64,000 nt of DNA from Chloroflexota bacterium. Its GTDB lineage: Bacteria; Chloroflexota; Anaerolineae; Anaerolineales; Villigracilaceae. Positions 47,731 through 58,315 of the stretch are shown here, piece by piece. The translations under genes and the position numbers were made by a program. The first letter of the stretch is position 1, and every line of letters starts with the position of its first letter. Below the pieces are notes generated by a model. The model saw nothing but the letters and a program-made list of their open reading frames with translations, was not told the DNA's origin and searched no databases. The stretch is taken from positions 36,631-100,630 of the forward strand of contig VGNE01000006.1 of NCBI GenBank assembly GCA_016866215.1, in the 5' to 3' direction.

Positions 47731-48981
47731 ATGATAACGATTTCCAAAGTTACATTTCGCCGTTTCCTGCTTGGTCAGCAGGGACTTTGGCCTGGCCGCC
47801 GTTTCAAGGGCTTAAATGGCACAACCCAGGCCATCCATCAAATGCAGGGACTGCAGCTCGACCCCCTGAATAGTGTTGCGCGTAGCCAGGAAATTGCGTT
47901 ATATGGGCGCGTGCTGGATTTCAAGTTGGGACATCTTTATCAAGCCGCGTATGAAAAACGCGGTTTTTTTGATTATGGCGGCTGGCTGTTCATGTATCCA
48001 ATGCAGGAGTTCCCTTATTGGCGTTTGCATATGAAACATCGTGAAGAACGGGGTATGCATTATGAAGCATTTACGCATCCACCCGCAGAGTTGATAAAGT
48101 TTGTATTAAATGAATTGCGTACGCGCGGTCCGCTGGGCAACCGTGATTTTGGCGGGGAGGCTGTTCAAGCATGGAGTTATCGTGGACGTAAAGAAGCCTC
48201 CATCGCGCTTTATTATTTATGGATGATCGGCGAGGTGATGATCACAAGCCGCAAAGGCTTTGACCGCATCTATGATCTGCGTGAGCGTGTCCTGCCCAGC
48301 GAATATGACTATGCTGCGCCTGAATCGGAGGCTATAGATTTTTTCAGCCGCAAGGCGATAGCATATCTTGGATTGGCGCGTGAAAGCACGTGGCGTACCA
48401 GCCTTGCTTATTTTATTCATCGTGATGTTTCTCGTGACGAATCGAAAAAACTGTTGGAACGCCTCATCGAGCAGGGAGTCGCCTCACGGGTGCGCGTGGA
48501 AGACTCAAAGGATGGATTCCTTGTCTTGAACAGCGACCAGCCTCACCTGTCCGAATTGGAAGCGGGCCGTATTCCCAAGGCATGGAAATCAAAAGGTCCA
48601 ACAACCGAGGAAGAGGTCACTTTCCTCGCGCCGTTGGAGACAGTCAGCGCAAGAGGGCGTGCGAAAAAAGTTTTTGATTTTGAATATCTATGGGAAGTGT
48701 ATAAGCCTGCCCATCAACGCCGCTGGGGATATTACACCCTGCCGATTTTATACGGCGACGACCTCGTTGCACGGCTTGACCCGAAATTGGACCGCAAAAC
48801 AAACATGCTGCATATCCTGGGCTTCTGGCTCGAAGATGACGCGCCAAAAGATGAAGCCTTCGCGGACGCGCTCGCCAATGGGCTCAAGAGATTTGCGGAT
48901 ATGATCGGCGCGGAAAAAATAGATCTGAGCGGAATCAGGCAGGTAAAACTGCGCTCCTACTTGAAGAAGAAATTGAAATAA
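47731..48981 (+). CDS. YcaQ/AlkZ-like winged-helix protein (DNA crosslink glycosylase family)
   Basis: TFRRFLLGQQGLWPGRRF...GLQLDPLNSVARSQEIALYGRV...YLWMIGEVMI...RWGYYTLPILYGDDLVARLDPKLDRK is typical of the family. ATG 47731 is preferred because the ORF-track start would translate the heptamer array. Confidence 0.75.
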   Translation: MITISKVTFRRFLLGQQGLWPGRRFKGLNGTTQAIHQMQGLQLDPLNSVARSQEIALYGRVLDFKLGHLYQAAYEKRGFFDYGGWLFMYPMQEFPYWRLHMKHREERGMHYEAFTHPPAELIKFVLNELRTRGPLGNRDFGGEAVQAWSYRGRKEASIALYYLWMIGEVMITSRKGFDRIYDLRERVLPSEYDYAAPESEAIDFFSRKAIAYLGLARESTWRTSLAYFIHRDVSRDESKKLLERLIEQGVASRVRVEDSKDGFLVLNSDQPHLSELEAGRIPKAWKSKGPTTEEEVTFLAPLETVSARGRAKKVFDFEYLWEVYKPAHQRRWGYYTLPILYGDDLVARLDPKLDRKTNMLHILGFWLEDDAPKDEAFADALANGLKRFADMIGAEKIDLSGIRQVKLRSYLKKKLK

Positions 48982-48986
48982 TTCAA

Positions 48987-49050
48987 CTACCCCTTCACAC
49001 AAACCAAACCCTTCAAATACGCGCCCTCTGGGAAATGCAAACTGACCGGG
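48987..49050 (-). pseudogene. 3'-terminal remnant (21 codons + stop) of an unidentified gene, copy 1
   Basis: The minus frame reads PVSLHFPEGAYLKGLVCVKG*. It is 55/64 nt identical to copy 2, with the differences almost all synonymous in this frame. Confidence 0.6.
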
Positions 49051-49054
49051 GTCA

Positions 49055-49463
49055 CTAATCTAATTCTGATAAAATTTCACCAGGCGTTTTTCGCTTCCTT
49101 TTTGTGTTGTCGAAATCCGAATCAAAACTGATTATCGTCAAATCATATTTTTCGGCGGCTGTGTATTGATAGGCATCATCAAGGTCCAGCCCAAATTTGG
49201 TCATCGTTTTGCTGACTTGTAATAAATCTTGGGGGGGTTAAGTGGATAAGCCGAGCCGCGCTGTAATTGAAAACATCATCTATAAAACTTTCCAACGTTT
49301 CCGCTTGTTTTAGTTTGGAAAAGATCACACCCATGGAGTGGAGTGAAAAGTCTGTCATAAACAACAAATCGCCGGGGATCTGCTCAAAGAATTTTGCAGC
49401 CTCGGCGGATTTTTCCCGGTCAAGCGGGCGTTCAAGCCAAACATTGGTATCAATTAAATACAT
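49055..49463 (-). pseudogene. vapC: PIN-domain toxin (VapC-like) with a frameshift at a C7 (G7 on plus) run
   Basis: The N-terminus MYLIDTNVWLE... has the PIN acidic motif. After the homopolymer at 49231-49237 the family-typical C-terminus DLLQVSKTMTKFGLDLDDAYQYTAAEKYDLTIISFDSDFD... is in the -1 frame and stops at 49057-49055. Confidence 0.7.
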
Positions 49464-49466
49464 GAT

Positions 49467-49673
49467 CTAACTTGCCCGCCATTCCATTGATTTTTTCTGC
49501 AGTTCCAATGCGGTATATTGTTTTTGATATTCCCGCAATGCTCCCGCCCAGGTTTGGCGCAACTTTCGACCAAGCTTTTGCTGTTCACGTTCCAGCAAAT
49601 AACCTATAAACTCAGAAACTTCTTTTTGTAAATCAGGAGGTAATTGTCGGACCAAGACATCCAGTGATTCCAT
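49467..49673 (-). CDS. Type II antitoxin, DUF2281-like
   Basis: 68 aa, LVRQLPPDLQKEVSEFIGYLLERE. It ends 4 nt before the vapC start. Confidence 0.6.
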   Translation of the reverse strand: MESLDVLVRQLPPDLQKEVSEFIGYLLEREQQKLGRKLRQTWAGALREYQKQYTALELQKKSMEWRAS

Positions 49674-49696
49674 AACAACCTCCTCTTTATTTTACC

Positions 49697-49800
49697 TTAC
49701 TTCTTCACACATACCAGTCCTTTCAAATACGCGCCCTCTGGAAAATGCAAGCTGACCGGGTGATCGCTGCCTTGCGACGAATGCTCGATGATCGTCGCAT
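49697..49800 (-). pseudogene. 3'-terminal remnant (~34 codons + stop) of the same unidentified gene family, copy 2
   Basis: The minus frame reads NATIIEHSSQGSDHPVSLHFPEGAYLKGLVCVKK*. Nothing upstream of it continues the homology. Confidence 0.6.
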
Positions 49801-49867
49801 TCCCGCTTGACCTTGCTGATTGAAAATCGTACAACGACAGAATTTTATTCTGGTATGATTTGAAATT

Positions 49868-50875
49868 ATGAAACTAAAAAATTCCATCACTGATGTGCGC
49901 GGCATCGAAGTTGGACACGCGCAGGATGAAGAAGCGTTGACCGGCTGCACGGTCATCCTCTGCCGAAAAGGCGCGGCCGCCGGCGTGGATGTACGCGGCG
50001 GCGCACCCGGTACGCGCGAGACCGATCTCTTGAATCCCATTAATCTCGTCGAGAAAGTTCATGGGATCGTTTTGGCGGGCGGCTCCGCATTTGGTTTGGA
50101 CGCGGCAACCGGCGTGATGCGCTATCTTGAAGAGAAGAAGATCGGATTCAACACCGGTGCCGCGAGAGTGCCAATCGTCCCTTCCGCAATTTTGTATGAC
50201 CTGAACCTCGGTCGTGCGGACCTTCGGCCTGATTCTGCGATGGGAGCACTTGCCGCGGCCTCGGCACGCGATCTTACTGCGTCCGACCCGCCTGCGGAGG
50301 GAAATATCGGCGCTGGCACAGGCGCATCCGTCGGCAAGATGTTCGGCACTGCGCTGGCGATGAAATCCGGGCTGGGAACTGCCAGCATGGACATCGGCGG
50401 TGGCGTGATCGTCGGTGCCATCGTTGCAGTCAATGCGTTTGGCGATGTAGTTGACCCAAAGACAGGTGAGATTGTTGCGGGGCTTCGGTCTGGGGAAATC
50501 GGTCCATTGCGGATTGGTAAAAAGGACTTATTTGCAGATACGCTCGCAATGATGAAAACCCCACTTGGTCGCGGAATTCTCGGGTTTGCGAGTCGCGGCA
50601 ACACGGTGATTGGAGTTGTGGCAACGAATGCAAAATTGACAAAAGCCCAGGCCACCAAAGTCGCGCAAATGGCACAGGACGGTATCGCGCGGGCAATCCG
50701 GCCCGCTCACACCATGCTGGATGGTGATGTGATCTTTGCCCTATCCACAGGCGCGAAAAAAGCCGATGTCTCAACTGTCGGCGCATTGGCGGCGGAAGTG
50801 ATGGGGCAGGCTATCCTGCGAGCCGTGAAAATGGCAAAAGCGGCTGGTGGATTGCCGGGGTTGAATAAAATGTAA
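49868..50875 (+). CDS. P1/S58-family peptidase (DmpA/BapA-like aminopeptidase)
   Basis: SITDVRGIEVGHAQDEEALTGCTVIL...GAPGTRETDLL...VLAGGSAFGLDAA...TVIGVVATNAKL is diagnostic of the family. Confidence 0.85.
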   Translation: MKLKNSITDVRGIEVGHAQDEEALTGCTVILCRKGAAAGVDVRGGAPGTRETDLLNPINLVEKVHGIVLAGGSAFGLDAATGVMRYLEEKKIGFNTGAARVPIVPSAILYDLNLGRADLRPDSAMGALAAASARDLTASDPPAEGNIGAGTGASVGKMFGTALAMKSGLGTASMDIGGGVIVGAIVAVNAFGDVVDPKTGEIVAGLRSGEIGPLRIGKKDLFADTLAMMKTPLGRGILGFASRGNTVIGVVATNAKLTKAQATKVAQMAQDGIARAIRPAHTMLDGDVIFALSTGAKKADVSTVGALAAEVMGQAILRAVKMAKAAGGLPGLNKM

Positions 50876-50916
50876 AAAGTGAGATTACTTCTGAGATCAA
50901 TCCCTTTATACGATTA

Positions 50917-51000
50917 TTACTTTTCTGATTTCCCTGGAAAATACAAGTTGACTGAGTGTTCGCTGCCCTGTGACAAATGCTCGATGATCGTCGCATCCAC
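50917..51000 (-). pseudogene. 3'-terminal remnant, copy 3 (more diverged)
   Basis: The minus frame reads DATIIEHLSQGSEHSVNLYFPGKSEK*, colinear with copy 2. The sequence upstream in the same frame (R/P-rich) does not look like a real protein. Confidence 0.5.
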
Positions 51001-51306
51001 GTCCACATCCAATGCCGCTTCGCAGCCCCGCCCAATTAGGTTTATACTATGCTCAGGCAGTGTCCCGTTCCCCCTAGGGGGACGATGTCGACGAGGTGTC
51101 CGCGCCTGCCTTGGTGGCTGACTGGCGAAGCCGTGTCGAATCCTATTGCCGCTGCCCATAGGCGCTTCGCGGCGCAAACTATTCGGCGGCTTCCTTTTTC
51201 ATACCACAAAAGCCTTGATCTCAGCCTGGAAATAGCCTCCTCGGTGACGACGAAATCAGCAAGCGCTTTGGCTCGTAAGTAATGGAATTATTTGGGAGAT
51301 TGGCAC

Positions 51307-54906
<3,600 letters not shown>

Positions 54907-54966
54907 TTGATGACAATTGAAACGACTTATATTATCTCTTTTTAGCCTTTTTGCGCTTGCCTTGGC

Positions 54967-55290
54967 TTGCGCGCAGCCACCTGCTTCCGCCACACTCACA
55001 CCGACAGCGCCATTTACATCGGGGTGGATGCGGGCGCTGGTCCGCGCGACAGCATGATGCTGGCGATCAAACGCACCACTGGCATCAGCATCCGTGCAGC
55101 GCGTGCTATTATTGAAGTGACAGTGGTGACGCTTGGCTGGTTTTTGGGCGGACCCGCGGGGTTTGGTACATTGGCTTACGCCATTATGGTTGGTCCATCT
55201 GTGCAATGGGGATTTAAAATATTCAAAGTTCAGCCGCACAAGCTAATTGACGAAGCAGTGATCGCAGGGGTTGAGGGCGGCGCGGAGTAA
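54967..55290 (+). pseudogene. YczE-like membrane protein, C-terminal half only
   Basis: ...IYIGVDAGAGPRDSMMLAIKRTTGISIRAARAIIEVTVVTLGWFLGGPAGFGTLAYAIMVGPSVQ matches the second half of the family. The ~100-aa N-terminal half is missing and an in-frame TAG lies just upstream. Confidence 0.5.
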
Positions 55291-55309
55291 AATTAAAAAG
55301 GAGAAAACC

Positions 55310-57640
55310 ATGACTGAATCAATTGATAACTCTCCGATCATTGAACCTAAAAACAGAAGCACAGCGGCGCTGGTCATCTTTTTGATCTTTGCGCTTCCGA
55401 TGCCGTTTTGTTTGTTCATCTATCACTTCATCATCTGGTCAACCGAGCAAAGTGCGATCCTTTCCTTGAGTTCGAAAAACCTTGCATGGGCTGGACCAAT
55501 TGGACTATGTGTGCAAGCCGTGGTAATGACGGGCGTTACTGCCGTGTTATGGCGCTTCACTAAAGATGACCGCTTCAAGCCCGTGTATGCAGGCTTGTTC
55601 GGCGCGGCTTTGATGGCCTTCCCTGTTTTATTGTTGCGGACGCTTGGACCGAATCGCGATCAACTGGGTTCAATCTTGCAGTTTGCATTTGCCCTGGCCG
55701 CAACTTTCATTGTGATTCGTTTTCGTAAAGATAAATTGGTTTGGGATCGCGGCGCGCTTCCCTTTGGACTGCTGATTGCGGGCATCGGCATTGCGCCTTT
55801 GGTCATTTATGGTTCCTTTGGTTCATTTGGTGATGCGTTTCTAAGCCTGCTGGCGGGGCTGGCGTTTGGTCTTCTTGCGGGGGTCTTGATCTCAACCACA
55901 ACGGAGAATGTTTTATTGAATGGCGTAGGTGTGGGTGCAGTGCTGGCCTTGCTTGCCTCTGCGCTTGGATACGATGGATCGCAACTTTTACTACTGACGC
56001 TCGTACCTGCCTTCTCATTTGCAATTGCAGTGGTTTTACCCTCGCGGATGGCGGCAGGCGCGGCGGCGGGCATCCTTGCCTTTGCAGCCTTGGCATTATT
56101 TGATCCCACAGAATTCACCATTGTGCTTGGTGATATTGCCGGACTGGCTGTAAAAGCAGCAGGTATTGCGTTATTGATCGGCTGGGGTACGAGCGTCATC
56201 GCATTGATCCTGTGTAAGTTTGCCTCAAGCCATTCAGGCGCCAGGACGAAGCGGGCGGTGGGTTGGGCCGGTTCGGGTGTTACGTGGCTTTTTGTAATCG
56301 CGCTATTTTTTATATTCGGCAACCCAGGTAATTATGGCGACCGCTTGTTTGTCATCCTGAAAGATCAGGCGGATATTTCTTCGGTGGCGGGAATTCATGA
56401 TCGCGATGAAAGATTGAGTGCGGCATACGAGCAATTAACTGAACATGCAAATGAAACACAAGCCGAGATGCGTAAATTTTTTGATGCAGTTGGCGTTGAG
56501 TACACGCCTTATTATTTACAAAATGCGATGGAAGTGCAGGGCGGGACCTTGGTGCGATTGTATTTGATGACTCGCCCCGAAGTGGAGCGCATCATTCCCA
56601 GCCCGCGTCTGCGTGCCGCTCCCGAAGATTCTCCCCAGCCCGGATATTTGACCGCAGTGGATGGCAGTGTGGGATGGAATATCTCCATGATCGGGGCAGA
56701 CAAGGTCTGGGATGAATTCAATGCGCAAGGCCAAGGCATCGTAGTGGGTCAATCTGATTCAGGTGTGGATGGGAATCACCCTGCGATCCGCAAGCAATAT
56801 CGCGGCATCGTTCAAGGGGACGATTACAACTGGTTCGATCCCTGGGATGGGACAAGCTCCCCGAATGATGAAGGCGGGCATGGCACGCATACGATGGGTA
56901 CGATCTTGGGCACAAATGGAATCGGTGTTGCTCCCAAAGCCCAGTGGATTGGCTGTGTGAATTTGGATCGAAATCTGGCTAACCCGGCCTTGTATCTGGA
57001 TTGTATGCAATTTATGCTGGCACCTTTCCCGCAGGGCGGCGATCCATTAGTTGACGGCGACCCAACCAAAGCCGCGCATGTGCTGAATAATTCCTGGGGC
57101 TGTCCTGCCATTGAAGGCTGTGACCCGAATGCCTTGTTATACGCGGTGGACAATTTGCGTTACGCGGGCATCTTTGTGGTGGTATCCACTGGCAATGACG
57201 GCCCGAGTTGCGAAACGGTTGCATCGCCCTTATCACTTTATGAAAATGTATTTTCCGTTGGTGCGATTGACCAGTTTGGCGATCTGGCTGAGTTTAGCAG
57301 CCGCGGTCCCGTGGTTGCGGATGGTTCAGGACGCATCAAGCCGGATATTGTTGCGCCGGGTGTGGATATTCTCTCGGCATTGCCCGATGGCACTTATGGC
57401 CCGAACAGCGGCACATCCATGGCGGGGCCTCACATGGCGGGCGTGGTGGCGTTGATCTGGTCTGCCCAGCCTGACCTGATCGGCGATATTGACAAAACCG
57501 AGCAACTCATCATTGATACCGCGCAGCCCTACACGGGTGATACTTCAATTGGATGCTTCACAGGAGATATACCAAGCAATGCTTATGGCTATGGCATTGT
57601 GGATGTGTATGAGGCTGTGAAGCAGGCTTTGGGAAAATAA
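55310..57640 (+). CDS. Subtilisin-like S8 serine protease fused to a ~330-aa polytopic N-terminal membrane domain
   Basis: Catalytic triad contexts VGQSDSGVDGNHP (Asp), GGHGTHTMGT (His), GTSMAGPHMAGV (Ser). The N-terminal third has ~9 hydrophobic helices. GGAG RBS before ATG 55310. Confidence 0.85.
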   Translation: MTESIDNSPIIEPKNRSTAALVIFLIFALPMPFCLFIYHFIIWSTEQSAILSLSSKNLAWAGPIGLCVQAVVMTGVTAVLWRFTKDDRFKPVYAGLFGAALMAFPVLLLRTLGPNRDQLGSILQFAFALAATFIVIRFRKDKLVWDRGALPFGLLIAGIGIAPLVIYGSFGSFGDAFLSLLAGLAFGLLAGVLISTTTENVLLNGVGVGAVLALLASALGYDGSQLLLLTLVPAFSFAIAVVLPSRMAAGAAAGILAFAALALFDPTEFTIVLGDIAGLAVKAAGIALLIGWGTSVIALILCKFASSHSGARTKRAVGWAGSGVTWLFVIALFFIFGNPGNYGDRLFVILKDQADISSVAGIHDRDERLSAAYEQLTEHANETQAEMRKFFDAVGVEYTPYYLQNAMEVQGGTLVRLYLMTRPEVERIIPSPRLRAAPEDSPQPGYLTAVDGSVGWNISMIGADKVWDEFNAQGQGIVVGQSDSGVDGNHPAIRKQYRGIVQGDDYNWFDPWDGTSSPNDEGGHGTHTMGTILGTNGIGVAPKAQWIGCVNLDRNLANPALYLDCMQFMLAPFPQGGDPLVDGDPTKAAHVLNNSWGCPAIEGCDPNALLYAVDNLRYAGIFVVVSTGNDGPSCETVASPLSLYENVFSVGAIDQFGDLAEFSSRGPVVADGSGRIKPDIVAPGVDILSALPDGTYGPNSGTSMAGPHMAGVVALIWSAQPDLIGDIDKTEQLIIDTAQPYTGDTSIGCFTGDIPSNAYGYGIVDVYEAVKQALGK

Positions 57641-57645
57641 AATCC

Positions 57646-58263
57646 ATGTGGCTTTACCTCCTTCAAGGCATCGGCTATGGACTCATTGCCGCTTCTCAAC
57701 CAGGACCTTTTCAAACGTACTTGATTTCCCAGGCATTGATCCGCGGCTGGAAGCGGACTCTGCCTGCCGCTCTTGCGCCGCTCATCAGTGATGGCCCGAT
57801 TATTTTGATTTCATTATTGGCCTTGAGTCAAGTGCCTGTGTGGTTACAAAGATTTCTTTACGTCGCAGGCGGACTATTCATCCTCTATCTAGCTTATGGC
57901 GCTTTCATTACCTTTCGCGATTTTGAAAAACAAATGATCACAGCAGAATCTACAGATCAACAAAGTGTGCTCAAAGCCGTGCTGATGAATATTTTCAATC
58001 CAAGCCCGTATATTTTCTGGACGCTTGTGACAGGTCCTATTTTGCTCAAAGGCTGGCGCGAAACACCAGTCAACGGGATCAGGTTTCTGGCGGGGTTTTA
58101 TGTAACATTGATAGGCAGCCTTGCCGCGATCATCCTTGTCTTTGGAACTGCCGCGCGGTTGGGACCAATGGTAAATCGGGTTTTACTAGGTTTTTCTGCA
58201 ATTGTGCTTTTTTGTTTTGGGTTATATCAATTATGGCTGGGGATAAGCGGTATTGGAAATTAA
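57646..58263 (+). CDS. LysE/RhtB-family amino-acid exporter
   Basis: 205 aa, 6 TMs, with the family-typical N-terminus GIGYGLIAASQPGPFQTYLISQAL and NPSPYIFW. Confidence 0.8.
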   Translation: MWLYLLQGIGYGLIAASQPGPFQTYLISQALIRGWKRTLPAALAPLISDGPIILISLLALSQVPVWLQRFLYVAGGLFILYLAYGAFITFRDFEKQMITAESTDQQSVLKAVLMNIFNPSPYIFWTLVTGPILLKGWRETPVNGIRFLAGFYVTLIGSLAAIILVFGTAARLGPMVNRVLLGFSAIVLFCFGLYQLWLGISGIGN

Positions 58264-58315
58264 AAGAACCGCCTTAAACCAGATGGGTGTTGCTTTACCA
58301 ATTACATATTATTTT

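Noticed and set aside
48987-51000. The three ~60-100-nt repeats flanking single-gene modules could be integron attC sites, since TA cassettes are typical of chromosomal integrons.
   Set aside because: The copies are not imperfect palindromes with R''/L''-L'/R' symmetry. No intI is in the window. The substitution pattern between copies 1 and 2 is that of a translated frame, which fits duplicated gene ends rather than attC.
51131-51144. The minus-strand string GGCAATAGGATTCGACACGG resembles the conserved GGAUUCGAC near the 5' end of tmRNA. That would fit the idea of islands integrating next to ssrA.
   Set aside because: I found no T-arm (GGTTCGAATCC-like), no complementary acceptor 3' strand with CCA, and no tag reading frame downstream on that strand. 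The repeated segments nearby behave as protein-coding 3' ends, not as an RNA 3' end.
51160-51230. GCGCAAACTATTCGG and CACAAAAGCC upstream of the HD-GYP gene vaguely recall the GGCAAAC...ACGCAAAGCC core of c-di-GMP-I (GEMM) riboswitches.
   Set aside because: The required P1 hairpin with a GNRA tetraloop and the receptor helix cannot be drawn. The similarity is limited to a few nucleotides, and an Infernal scan would be needed before any claim.
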